This document shows positions 9,324 to 18,727 of a stretch of 64,000 nucleotides of DNA, piece after piece; the stretch's first letter is position 1; each line of letters opens with the position of its first letter. Source of the stretch: Bacteroidota bacterium. GTDB lineage: Bacteria > Bacteroidota > Bacteroidia > UBA7662 > CANHCV01. The position numbers and the translations under genes were made by a program. The notes beneath the pieces are model-generated. The model was not told the origin of the DNA and did no database searches. It saw nothing but the letters and a program-made list of their open reading frames with translations. Location: positions 4,820-68,819 of the forward strand of contig CANHCV010000005.1 in NCBI GenBank assembly GCA_947459245.1, read 5' to 3'.

Positions 9324-9626
9324 GTGCATGTGGTCGAATTAAATATGGATAAGATAAAGGTCTTATGCTCAAGGCATAGGGTTAAAAATTTATACGTTTT
9401 CGGCTCCTTGCTCAAAGACTCTTTTCATGAGGATAGCGACATCGATTTGTTGGTGGATTTTAGTAAGGTTGATTTGGAGGAATATGCGGATAATTATTTT
9501 GATTTAAAAGAAGAATTGGAGTCAATTTTTAAGCGTCCGGTTGATTTGCTTGAAGAAAAAGGAATTCGGAATCCGTTTTTACGGAAACAGATTGATCTTG
9601 AAAAGCAACTTATTTATGGATCATAA
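9324..9626 (+). CDS. mntA: MntA-type nucleotidyltransferase antitoxin (minimal NTase, type VII TA)
   Basis: The GS-x10-DxD motif is present (FGSLLKDSFHEDSDIDLLVDF). The 100 aa protein overlaps the downstream HepT gene by 11 nt. Confidence 0.75.
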   Translation: MHVVELNMDKIKVLCSRHRVKNLYVFGSLLKDSFHEDSDIDLLVDFSKVDLEEYADNYFDLKEELESIFKRPVDLLEEKGIRNPFLRKQIDLEKQLIYGS

Positions 9627-9891
9627 AATAAATGCTTGGCTTTTCGATATTCTCAAATCAATCGATGAAATTGAAAGTTTCTTTGTTGATAAACCATTGA
9701 ATTTTTTGGAATACCAAAACGATGTGAAAACCAAAAGGGCTTTTGAAAGAAATATTGAAATCATTGGCGAAGCCGTTAACCGGATTCTTAAAGTAAATCC
9801 CGATTTTAAAATTGAAAACTCCAGAAACATTGTTGGAAACAGAAATCGCATTAATCATAGTTGCGATAGTATTTCAGAGAATATGATTTGA
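9616..9891 (+). CDS. hepT: HepT-like toxin (DUF86/HEPN)
   Basis: The ATG at 9616 (MDHKINAW) overlaps the mntA stop at 9626. An Rx4H HEPN-like motif is near the C-terminus (RNRINHSC). The first 25 aa of the listed ORF at 9541 are upstream overlap and probably not translated. Confidence 0.7.
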   Translation: MDHKINAWLFDILKSIDEIESFFVDKPLNFLEYQNDVKTKRAFERNIEIIGEAVNRILKVNPDFKIENSRNIVGNRNRINHSCDSISENMI

Positions 9892-9985
9892 TCCATTGTT
9901 GTAAACAGTTTACCTAAATTAAAAGTTGAAATAAAAAGCCTTTTCGACTAAACATTTCTTTCCCTTTCCTATTTCCTCTTCCTCC

Positions 9986-10255
9986 ATGAAAAAACTCCAT
10001 GAAATAAAAAACTTCGGACCAAAAATGGTAAAATGGTTCAACGATGCCGGATTTGAAACCGAAGCCGATTTACTCGCTAGTTCCTACCCAGAAATCATGA
10101 AGCGGTTGAAAAAAACAGGCGTTCGATTTCACTGGAACATCGTTTACTCCATGGAAATGGGACTTCAAAATCGGGCGTGGAACGATATTCGGGAAGATGA
10201 AAAAAAAGCGCTTCGCGATTTGTTTCAACCCTCAACCAACGTCAACTCCGGTTGA
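9986..10255 (+). CDS. TfoX C-terminal domain protein (competence-regulator-like, standalone)
   Basis: MKKLHEIKNFGPKMVKWFNDAGFETEADLLASSYPEIMKRLKKTG resembles TfoX_C. The last 7 codons and the stop lie inside the 100-bp repeat 10234..10333. Confidence 0.55.
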   Translation: MKKLHEIKNFGPKMVKWFNDAGFETEADLLASSYPEIMKRLKKTGVRFHWNIVYSMEMGLQNRAWNDIREDEKKALRDLFQPSTNVNSG

Positions 10256-10333
10256 AAAGCAACGGTAAGCAAACTCAAGTTATCCCGGTGGGGCCCCAAC
10301 CCCAAATGATCGAGGAATTTCGATTCCCAGGTT
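10234..10333. repeat. Distal diverged copy of the 3' end of the PP2C gene (direct repeat of 12806..12905, about 91% identical)
   Basis: On the minus strand it still encodes TWESKFLDHLGLGPHRDNLSLLTVAFQPELTLV. This matches the PP2C C-terminus with 5 synonymous changes and one D-to-N change, and the stop codon is lost (it continues EG-stop). Confidence 0.8.
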
Positions 10334-10505
10334 ACCACCAAAAACTTACAAAAAATACGGTCTCATTTAGATGTTTTATGGGAATAATTGACTAGATTGC
10401 TTCTGCGAATCTTGCTAACGCTATTTCAAATCTTTCAACCTTCTTGAAGAGTTGAATTGGCTGGAATATGGGAGTTATGCCTAGGCTAAAAATAAAACAA
10501 TTAAC

Positions 10506-11957
10506 ATGAATCAAATTAAAGTTAATCTTGGAATTTTATTTGTCCTTTTGAGTATTTCAAATTTAATGAATGGACAAACGACCGGGTGGAATAATATTGG
10601 GGGCAATTGGCAAAAAAACGGATATGTGGATGCGGCGGGTCCAACCACAGACAGTGTCTTATGGGAAACCTCTTCTGCCGGTATATTTGGAGCGCCAATT
10701 TACATTGAGGGAAACTACTTGGTAACCATGAGGTTTCAAAGCACAACCAATGCACCTGTAGAATGTTTTGATTTAACCACGGGGAATTTGTTATGGAGTG
10801 TTGACATTACTAATTCTACAGGACGGTCACTTCCAGTGGGGCTTCGCGACGGTAGGGTTTTTGTTATGAGGTATACGGAAAGCCAGAATGATTCACTTTA
10901 TGCCCTTAATGTAACAAATGGTTCTAAAATTTGGACCTCAAACGTGAATGTTGCTGCTTATATTTCCGAATCCGGTGTTTTTGATTCAACTGGCAATTTC
11001 TATATCTATGGAAATTTAAAAACCTACAAAATTAATCCTGTGAATGGGCAGGTGATTTGGTTTACCCAGACCGTTCCAATGGCCTCGGGTAGTGGAGAAA
11101 TGGCGATAAATCAGCAGAATAATACCGGGTACACCCTGGAACAAAGTGCAGGTGTTTCGTATGTATGGGCCATTAACCTGAACAGCGGATTAAAAAAGTA
11201 CAGAGTCCTAGTGCCTGAACTTCAAGCAGGTGGTAACATGCCTCAATCACCTTTAATGGTTGGAAACAACGGGATGATTTATGTTCAGCTTACCGAGGAT
11301 AATGTTTCTGCAATATCCGATGATGGAACTCAACTCAATTTGTTGTGGCAAACTGAGATTTATGGAAATTCCTCTTTCAGTACCATGTGTGTAGGTTCGG
11401 ATGGCTCAATTTATGCACCATCAAATGGAAAAATCATCCGTTTAAATCCGCTTACGGGTAGGATCGTTGATTCATCTGCTACCATTACGCAGGGAGGATT
11501 TTTTTCACCAAGAATTTCTGCAACTAAAAATAACATCATCTATGCAACCAACGGACAAAATGGTGTGTATGCTTTCGACCTTTCTTTAAATATGCTATGG
11601 TCAGATGTTTTGAATTTTACCAATACTTCCGGAGTTTGTATCGCAGCAAATGGTCTTGCTGCTGTTTCAGGAAGCAACAAAATCAGAGTTTATACCCCTA
11701 CAATAAAAACAGGAACTTCTGAAATGAATCATGTTTTAGTTAGGGTTTACCCAAACCCAACTACTTCTTATTTTATTATGGATGCAGGCAATGAAATCAT
11801 CGGGAATAGATATGCCTTGATGAATGCTAAAGGCCAAATAATAAAAACTGGACTTGTTTCTGAGCAATCAATTATTCAAATGGAGACATTTGCACCAGGA
11901 ATCTATTTCCTTAGAATTAATGGTGTTAATCAAACTTTCAAAATGATTAAACAATAG
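10506..11957 (+). CDS. Secreted beta-propeller (PQQ-like repeat) protein with a T9SS C-terminal sorting domain
   Basis: A signal peptide is present. Repeated SxDGSIYA / GxxxGxVxAxD blades are visible. The C-terminal VRVYPNPTTSYFIMDAG...GIYFLRINGVNQTFKMIKQ is a type A T9SS CTD. Confidence 0.65.
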   Translation: MNQIKVNLGILFVLLSISNLMNGQTTGWNNIGGNWQKNGYVDAAGPTTDSVLWETSSAGIFGAPIYIEGNYLVTMRFQSTTNAPVECFDLTTGNLLWSVDITNSTGRSLPVGLRDGRVFVMRYTESQNDSLYALNVTNGSKIWTSNVNVAAYISESGVFDSTGNFYIYGNLKTYKINPVNGQVIWFTQTVPMASGSGEMAINQQNNTGYTLEQSAGVSYVWAINLNSGLKKYRVLVPELQAGGNMPQSPLMVGNNGMIYVQLTEDNVSAISDDGTQLNLLWQTEIYGNSSFSTMCVGSDGSIYAPSNGKIIRLNPLTGRIVDSSATITQGGFFSPRISATKNNIIYATNGQNGVYAFDLSLNMLWSDVLNFTNTSGVCIAANGLAAVSGSNKIRVYTPTIKTGTSEMNHVLVRVYPNPTTSYFIMDAGNEIIGNRYALMNAKGQIIKTGLVSEQSIIQMETFAPGIYFLRINGVNQTFKMIKQ

Positions 11958-12123
11958 CCCATTTCCATAATATCCGCTTGCCTCAATGGGAGTTGACGTG
12001 GATAAATCAGGTGCCGTGCATCTATCAAAGTTTGTGCATAGTTGTCATTGAAGTGCTCCGAAGTCCCCCACTGCATCAAGCGGCCAACCGTTAGCCCTAA
12101 TAATTCACACAAAAAAACAAAAC

Positions 12124-12750
12124 ATGAAAAAAGTATTGCCATTTTTTTTATCCATTGCAATACTAATAGGCTGCAATGAAGTTTCCAATAAAAAATCGGT
12201 TGACCTATCGGTTGATTTATGCAAATGCCTTACAGAGCCCGGAAATTCTGAGTGGGCCTTGGAGCATAAAGATGCATGCCGCGATGCCATTAGTAAAGAA
12301 TTGGGAGTGGATGATTACGAAAAGGTAAATTTTTCGATAGATCCTGAATTGAATCGAAAATGGGATCAACTCGTTCAAAAGTGCACCGGTAGCAATGTAG
12401 TAAAAACGGGAGTTGAAGAAATTGATAGAAACAGTGAATTGGTTAAGGAAATTGGAACTGCTTATGGTTATATCTGGGAGTCTATAAACATTCCCGAACA
12501 GTTATACACCACGCTTGCATTTGATGGGTTAGTATTCCGAACAACCCTTTATTCAATGAATGGCAATTCCAATTCTGAAGATTTTACGAAGGTTATTGAT
12601 CTCTCCGGAAAGTGGAAAGGAATCGATAAGGGTAGCGCAGAAGGGGTTTATTCAGAAAATAATGTTTCTGTTTCATGGGAATTCAGTGAGGACTATTCAA
12701 GTTTAACGAATGGTAAAGGCGTTGTTTTTCAGAGAATTAAAGTTAAATAG
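12124..12750 (+). CDS. Hypothetical lipoprotein
   Basis: A lipobox (MKKVLPFFLSIAILIGCNEV) is present. No known domain was recognised. Confidence 0.45.
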   Translation: MKKVLPFFLSIAILIGCNEVSNKKSVDLSVDLCKCLTEPGNSEWALEHKDACRDAISKELGVDDYEKVNFSIDPELNRKWDQLVQKCTGSNVVKTGVEEIDRNSELVKEIGTAYGYIWESINIPEQLYTTLAFDGLVFRTTLYSMNGNSNSEDFTKVIDLSGKWKGIDKGSAEGVYSENNVSVSWEFSEDYSSLTNGKGVVFQRIKVK

Positions 12751-12802
12751 GAATCCAGATCTAGAATAAATCAACCATTCAAAACCCCATTCACCTCATT
12801 TC

Positions 12803-13984
12803 TTAAACCAACGTCAACTCCGGTTGAAACGCAACCGTAAGCAAACTCAAATCATCCCGGTGGGGCCCCAACCCCAAATGGTCCAAAAATTTCGACTCCC
12901 AGGTTGGGGCTAAAGCGCCCTCTTCCGAAAACGTAGCCAACCGCAAATCGAAATGATCCACCTCCAAGGAAACCGAATCGCTCAGCCCATCGGTAAACAA
13001 AAACAAGGCACTTTTTTCCTTGAACACCAACTCGTGCATGGAATACGGTTTCATGGGGCTGAGCACCCCAAGCGGATGGACTTGGGCCTTCAACCTCGAC
13101 ATCTTTCCATTCTCCACGAAAAAGGGAGCCACCTGCCCGGCATTTACGTACTCCAAACTTTGAGTGGTTAGGTCCAAGGCGCCGATGAATGCCACCACGA
13201 AGTGATCGCCTTGGGCATGGTCCCAAACCAAGTGATTGAGGGCATCTACAATCTTCCGCACATCGGTTTCGTAACGAATGAGCGTTCGGGTTGCCGCTTG
13301 AATATTACTCATGAGCAAAGCGGCCGGCAACCCTTTTCCCGAAACATCGGCTACAATGACCAAATAACGGCCATCGGCCATTTTTACTACATCAAAATAA
13401 TCTCCACCCACTTCCGTATAAGGCTTGTAAAATCCCGAAAACGAAAATTTGGGAAGCTGTGGCAAATGGGTAGGAATGAGTTTTTCTTGAATGGAAGCCG
13501 CCATTTTCAACTCTTGCTTCACTTTTTCTTGTTTCACCTTATCCCGAAAAAGCGATTTGTTCTCGTGTGCGTAAACGATGATGTTGCACAACGTTTGAAG
13601 AAAAGAAAGCTCGGGAGAACCCAAATATTGAGAGGGCTCCACCCGTCCAATCAGTACCAAACCCAACGTTTTGGTTTTATGGAGAACTGGAACCACCAAG
13701 TCAAAACCTTGATACATTTCCGCATCCAACGTGCCAATGGTTTCCCGCTCGAGGAGTTCCATGGGCGGAATTTGCTCGGCAAAATTGCAACCCTTGGTTT
13801 TGATCACCGGAACTACATCTCCCAATAAAAAGAGGGTCATTTTCTCGGCTCCGATGTGAGTTTGAAGCAGATAAAAAAAGATATCGATGAGGGATTTTGA
13901 ACTGAAATTGTTGCTTACCGACTGCGTCATCTGCTGAAGCGCATCCAACATTTCCAACAATTGCTCTTCGGTGATTTTTTTCAT
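12803..13984 (-). CDS. SpoIIE/PP2C-family serine phosphatase with an N-terminal GAF-like sensor
   Basis: PP2C/SpoIIE motifs are present (FSGFYKPYTEVGGDYFDVV and VIVADVSGKGLPAALLMSN). The start overlaps the stop of the upstream permease by 4 nt. Confidence 0.75.
   Translation of the reverse strand: MKKITEEQLLEMLDALQQMTQSVSNNFSSKSLIDIFFYLLQTHIGAEKMTLFLLGDVVPVIKTKGCNFAEQIPPMELLERETIGTLDAEMYQGFDLVVPVLHKTKTLGLVLIGRVEPSQYLGSPELSFLQTLCNIIVYAHENKSLFRDKVKQEKVKQELKMAASIQEKLIPTHLPQLPKFSFSGFYKPYTEVGGDYFDVVKMADGRYLVIVADVSGKGLPAALLMSNIQAATRTLIRYETDVRKIVDALNHLVWDHAQGDHFVVAFIGALDLTTQSLEYVNAGQVAPFFVENGKMSRLKAQVHPLGVLSPMKPYSMHELVFKEKSALFLFTDGLSDSVSLEVDHFDLRLATFSEEGALAPTWESKFLDHLGLGPHRDDLSLLTVAFQPELTLV
12806..12905. 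repeat. Gene-proximal copy of the repeat, equal to the actual last 33 codons of the PP2C gene
   Basis: See 10234..10333. Together the two copies bracket a 2.5 kb cassette. Confidence 0.8.
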
Positions 13985-15042
13985 CGGTTGGCCGTTTGTT
14001 TTACCCGAAATGCATCGTTCAATCCGTTGCCCAACCAGTTGAAGGCCATCACCAAAACCACCACGACCGTGGCTGGAATACCGAGTAAATGCACCGCATC
14101 CAACATCAAATAAGGGTAATTTTCACGAATCAAACTGCCCAACGACGGCATGGGCGGTTGAACGCCCAACCCCAGAAAGCTCAATCCGCTCTCCACCAAA
14201 ATGGCGTTGGCGAAGTTGGCGGAAGATAGGATGATGAGCGGCCCCCAAAGCGCCGGCATGATGTGAACGAAAATGATTCTTGGGGCCGAAAAACCCATCA
14301 ATTTGGCTGCAAGTACGTATTCTCTTTCTTTCAACGAGCGAATTTCGGCCCGCACCACCCGGGCAACTTCTACCCACATGCCCAGGCCTACCGCTAAAAA
14401 TACCGTTTGAATGCCTTTCCCTAACCCGATGGAAATGGCCATAACGAGCAATAATCCGGGAATCGACCAAAATACTTGAATCAACCAAAGAATCAGCGTG
14501 TCGATCCAACCGCCGAAATATCCTGCCATGGAACCCAACACAATGCCCACCAATAAACTGATGAACACCGCCACCAACCCCACCGATAAAGAAACCCGAA
14601 GTCCAATGACCATGCGGCTCCACAAATCTCGTCCAAATCCATCGCTGCCTAAAACAAAATGAGTTCGTTGGATTTGGTTTTCATTTTGGTAGGTGACTTG
14701 AATTTTTCGATCACTTCCCAACAGTACTCCTTCCAATTGTTCCCCATGGATTTTTACCGATCCGTCTTCCACGGCATACCTTATTACGGGCTGAGGATTA
14801 CCAGAAAATCCTTGGATCCACGAATCGAAACGAACGGGTGGCGACTCGTAGAGGTAGGTTACCGGTTGTCCCATTTTCGCCGCCGTAAGGGGCAGGCATT
14901 GCTGGTTAACGGTGGTGGAAGTATCGGCAATGATGAAGTAACCCAAAAACGCGGTGAGGGTAAACAGAAGGATGATCCCCAAGCTGAACACCGCGGGACG
15001 GTGACTCAAAAATCTTTTCCAAAAAAGTTGGCGGGGAGTCAT
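13981..15042 (-). CDS. ABC transporter permease (DppC/OppC-like) with a long N-terminal extension
   Basis: Multi-TM protein with the EAA-like loop motif ILVESGLSFLGLGVQPP. No cognate ATPase or binding protein is adjacent. Confidence 0.7.
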   Translation of the reverse strand: MTPRQLFWKRFLSHRPAVFSLGIILLFTLTAFLGYFIIADTSTTVNQQCLPLTAAKMGQPVTYLYESPPVRFDSWIQGFSGNPQPVIRYAVEDGSVKIHGEQLEGVLLGSDRKIQVTYQNENQIQRTHFVLGSDGFGRDLWSRMVIGLRVSLSVGLVAVFISLLVGIVLGSMAGYFGGWIDTLILWLIQVFWSIPGLLLVMAISIGLGKGIQTVFLAVGLGMWVEVARVVRAEIRSLKEREYVLAAKLMGFSAPRIIFVHIMPALWGPLIILSSANFANAILVESGLSFLGLGVQPPMPSLGSLIRENYPYLMLDAVHLLGIPATVVVVLVMAFNWLGNGLNDAFRVKQTANR

Positions 15043-15076
15043 TCAACAAAAATAGGGAAAACCGTGCGAATTGAAC

Positions 15077-16543
15077 TCATTGCGATTCCAAAACCTCTCT
15101 CCAATCCACAAAAATGGTTTCGAAACGATCCACTGCTACGAGTCCGGGAGCGCTTCCTTTTCGTTTTCTCACAAACTTGCGTTGGGTGAATTGCACGGGT
15201 ACGCTTTCGCTGCCCCGCTGTTTGGAGTATTTGGCAGCCAATGCGGCAGCGAATTGAACGGCCGCTGAACTGGGCGTTTTTTTCTGGGGATTTTTGATGA
15301 TAACGTGGCTACCGCCGCTTCCGTAAGCGTGCAACCAATGGTCGTTCGGTTTGGCCGCCCGCAGCAATTCATCGTTGTTTCCTGCATTTTTGCCCACCCA
15401 AATTTCGTGGCCGGCATGCTCGAACCGCAAGAAGGGCAGGGACTCGTTTTGCTCCTTTTTGCGGTTTTCTTGACCCCATGTTTTCCAATCGGAATCGTTG
15501 AATTGGCCAGACTCCAGCTTTTCTTTTTGCACACTTAATTCGGCCAATCGTTGCGTTACTCGCTCCAAATCGGCCGCCACAAACGATTCTTCTAACTTCT
15601 CATTTTTCGCCTTCCGAAAATAGCGCTCTGCATTTTTGAGGGGAGAAAGATCGGTCTTCAACGGGATTTTAATGGGTTTTTGCGTCAAATAATCGATCAG
15701 TTCTGCCGATTTGCTTCCTTCCACAATTTTCGGCAAATGAGCCATCAATAGGTGGCCCCAATGTTCGTATTTCCCCGATTCGGCCAGTTCCAACCACCGC
15801 GCTTCTACTTTTTCTTTCCTCGATTTGGCTTGAATCCATTGGCTGTCGATCGTTTTTTTGGCAGATAGAAACGCCTGCTGTTTTTTGTTGATGGCGAGTA
15901 CTTTCCCGATTCCTTGCCTCAGCGTTTCCAAAAGGGGTTGTGGCTTTCCAGCAGGTTGAAGCGTTAAGAATCCGTTTTCATCCTTCTCCCAATGCCAAGT
16001 GCTCTGTTTTGAAGCTGCAAGAAGATCATCTGAAGTCCAGTTTTTGGTCCATTTTTTTCCAACCGTACTTTCCCAAAACGAGGAGGGAATTTCCGTTTCA
16101 TCCAGCGACCAATCGCTCAATCGAGCTTTCAGGTCGTTGGATCTGTTTTTACGAAAAGCGTCGGTGTCTCCTTCGGTGGGAATCCAAAGGATATTTGAAG
16201 CACCTCCGTAAGCCATGAAAACCAAGGCCCCACCGTTTGTTCGCAGTGAAAAGCTTCGGTCGGATTGGTGGGGCATCACCCCTAAAATGGGAAGTTGTTG
16301 GGCATCCCGAAACTGCGGATTCCATGTTTTTGCTTTGGCAATCTCGTCTTCAAAAAAGCGGAAGTAAAGCGCATTGGGCGTAAAATCGAAAGCCAAACTG
16401 CATATTTTCCCAGAAGATTCTACCCAAACGGTAAATTGTTGAGGGGAGTTACTGAAACATTCCAACAAGGTTCCGCCTTCCAAGAACGGCTGAATTTCGC
16501 GCGCGAATTGGCGGACTAAAAAATACGATTGGGTTAAGTCCAT
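15077..16543 (-). CDS. NFACT-family RNA-binding protein (FbpA/RqcH-like, DUF814)
   Basis: The C-terminal segment GSGGSHVIIKNPQKKTPSSAAVQFAAALAAKYSKQRG is NFACT-R (DUF814)-like. The 488 aa length is typical. Confidence 0.65.
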   Translation of the reverse strand: MDLTQSYFLVRQFAREIQPFLEGGTLLECFSNSPQQFTVWVESSGKICSLAFDFTPNALYFRFFEDEIAKAKTWNPQFRDAQQLPILGVMPHQSDRSFSLRTNGGALVFMAYGGASNILWIPTEGDTDAFRKNRSNDLKARLSDWSLDETEIPSSFWESTVGKKWTKNWTSDDLLAASKQSTWHWEKDENGFLTLQPAGKPQPLLETLRQGIGKVLAINKKQQAFLSAKKTIDSQWIQAKSRKEKVEARWLELAESGKYEHWGHLLMAHLPKIVEGSKSAELIDYLTQKPIKIPLKTDLSPLKNAERYFRKAKNEKLEESFVAADLERVTQRLAELSVQKEKLESGQFNDSDWKTWGQENRKKEQNESLPFLRFEHAGHEIWVGKNAGNNDELLRAAKPNDHWLHAYGSGGSHVIIKNPQKKTPSSAAVQFAAALAAKYSKQRGSESVPVQFTQRKFVRKRKGSAPGLVAVDRFETIFVDWREVLESQ

Positions 16544-17319
16544 GACGGATCGAATTCAATCGTCAATCCATCGTAGGCCATTTGGATGTGGGAGGGGAAT
16601 TGGGGATTTCGTTCGGCGTACCTTCCAAATTGGTGGGCAATGTGGGTGAAGTAAGTTCGTGGATTTCCCAATTTCTCGCTAATTTCTATGGCTTCCTGAA
16701 CGGTAAAATGGGAATGGTGAGGAGAATCGCGAAGGGCATTGATGATTAAAATTTCAACGCCTTTCAGCAGCTCCCAAGACGATTCGGGGATGGAAGATGC
16801 ATCGGTGATGTACACCAAATTCCCCAATCGGAATCCGTGCACCGGTAAATGTCCATGCCAAAGCGGAATCGGCTGCACGGTCATTCCATCTTCCAAAGAA
16901 AAAAGATCTTGATCAAAATGCCGAAGTTCAACCTCTCCTACACCCGGATATTTGTTGTGGGGATCGAACATGTACCGGAAGTCGTGTTGAAGTTGTTCCA
17001 ACAACAATTCGGTGAGGTAAATGGGAAGAGATTTTTGATGAATAAAATTGATGGCTCGAATATCATCCAACCCTGCCGTGTGATCGCGATGGCCGTGGGT
17101 AAACAAGATGCCGCTCAAGTTAGAAACTCCTGCCCGCAGCAACTGCTGCCGAAAATCGGGACCGCAATCGATGGTGTAAAGGTGTTGGCCGATCTCCAGA
17201 AGCGCACTTGTTCGCAAACGTTGGTCCTTGGGATCGGTGCTGATGCACGTGTGGCACCTGCAACCCAACAATGGGATACCTGTAGAGGTTCCTGTTCCCA
17301 AAAAGGTGAGTTTTGCCAT
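16534..17319 (-). CDS. MBL-fold metallo-hydrolase
   Basis: The HxHxDH motif (FTHGHRDHTAG) and an N-terminal LTFLGTGTSTGIP are present. Confidence 0.8.
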   Translation of the reverse strand: MAKLTFLGTGTSTGIPLLGCRCHTCISTDPKDQRLRTSALLEIGQHLYTIDCGPDFRQQLLRAGVSNLSGILFTHGHRDHTAGLDDIRAINFIHQKSLPIYLTELLLEQLQHDFRYMFDPHNKYPGVGEVELRHFDQDLFSLEDGMTVQPIPLWHGHLPVHGFRLGNLVYITDASSIPESSWELLKGVEILIINALRDSPHHSHFTVQEAIEISEKLGNPRTYFTHIAHQFGRYAERNPQFPSHIQMAYDGLTIEFDPSWT

Positions 17320-17322
17320 GGA

Positions 17323-18693
17323 TTACATCTCTTTTTCCCACTTGGCCACCACCACGGTAGCCAAACAATTGCCTATAACGTTTACGCTGGTTCGTCCCAT
17401 ATCCATCAACGCATCCACCGCTAAAAGAGCAAATGCTTTTTGGGGATCAAGGCCCAACGATTCGATGGTGGCAACAAGAATGAGGAAGGATGCACCTCGA
17501 ATTCCTGCTACTCCTTTTGAGGTGAGCATCAAGGTGAAGCACATGATGATTTCTTGGGAAATGGTTAAATCGATGCCGCTGGCTTGGGCGATAAAAACCG
17601 CTGCAAGCGACAAATACAACGTGGTTCCATCCAAATTAAAACTGTACCCGGTGGGTAAAACGAAACTCACAATTTTCCGAGGAACGCCCATGGCTTCCAT
17701 TTTTTCAAGTGCTTTGGGAAGTGCTGCTTCGGAAGAGGCGGTGGCAAAAGCGATGGAAACCGGCTCGCTGATGGCTTGCATGAATTTCTTAATGGGAACT
17801 TTTACCAAGAGCGCAATGGGCAGTAAAACCACAAAAATGAAAACGGCCAGGGTAACGTACAAAAGGGCAACCAGCTTGAACAAATTGGCCAAAACGTCCA
17901 ATCCCATTTTCGAAACGGTGTACGCAATCGCACCACCCACCGCCAACGGGGCAACGTACATCACCAAATTGGTAAACTTGAACATCACTTCGCTCAGGCC
18001 TTCGGCAAAATCCAAAATGGGTTTCTTTTTCTTTTCGTCTTTTACCATGGCTAAACCAATTCCAAACAATACGCTGAACACCACAATTTGCAAAATCTGC
18101 CCATCGGCTACCGATTTTGCGATGTTTTCGGGAAAGGTGTGGAGGATGATTTCGTCCCATGTTTGGGGATTTTGCGTTTTGGAAAGCAAGTCGTTGTCGA
18201 TGGTATCGGGAGCTAAATTCACACCCCAACCGATGCCGGAAAGGTTGATGGCCAACAAGCCAATCACCAAAGCCAAGGTGGTTACCACTTCGAAATAGAG
18301 CAGGGATTTCCATCCCATACGTCCCACTTGTTTGAGGTCGGAATGCCCCGCAATGCCCACGACCAAGGTTCCAAACAGGAGCGGGGCAATGATGGATTTG
18401 ATCAAATGAAGGAAAATCTTCGATAAAACCTTCAGGTTTTTAGCAATATCGGGAAATTGAACGCCCACTTCGGCACCCAATAACATGGAAAAAAAGATCC
18501 AAAACGTGAGCGATTTCCGTTTGATTCCCAACGCAAAAAGAACGATGAGGGTAATCCAACGCGATGATTCCAATACCGATGGAGCTAAATCTACCCAGCC
18601 CTGCCAAGGACCGATGATGTGAAAAATACTGGTGAGAAACCCGAAAATAAGCGCCATTCGGGTTAATGACTTGGTCGAGAACAATGGCTTCAT
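17323..18693 (-). CDS. Dicarboxylate/amino acid:cation symporter (DAACS, GltP-like)
   Basis: A 456 aa polytopic protein with the conserved DAACS segments MYVAPLAVGGAIAYTVSKMG and VDALMDMGRTSVNVIGNCLATVVVAKWE. Confidence 0.8.
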   Translation of the reverse strand: MKPLFSTKSLTRMALIFGFLTSIFHIIGPWQGWVDLAPSVLESSRWITLIVLFALGIKRKSLTFWIFFSMLLGAEVGVQFPDIAKNLKVLSKIFLHLIKSIIAPLLFGTLVVGIAGHSDLKQVGRMGWKSLLYFEVVTTLALVIGLLAINLSGIGWGVNLAPDTIDNDLLSKTQNPQTWDEIILHTFPENIAKSVADGQILQIVVFSVLFGIGLAMVKDEKKKKPILDFAEGLSEVMFKFTNLVMYVAPLAVGGAIAYTVSKMGLDVLANLFKLVALLYVTLAVFIFVVLLPIALLVKVPIKKFMQAISEPVSIAFATASSEAALPKALEKMEAMGVPRKIVSFVLPTGYSFNLDGTTLYLSLAAVFIAQASGIDLTISQEIIMCFTLMLTSKGVAGIRGASFLILVATIESLGLDPQKAFALLAVDALMDMGRTSVNVIGNCLATVVVAKWEKEM

Positions 18694-18727
18694 GGGGTAA
18701 AAATACGAAACAGAAGGCCGATTTGCT

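Noticed and set aside
17228-18298. 356 aa plus-strand ORF antisense to the DAACS symporter gene
   Set aside because: It is a low-complexity, Ala/Lys/Thr-rich translation of the opposite strand of a well-supported transporter gene. It has no motifs. This is a typical antisense shadow ORF.
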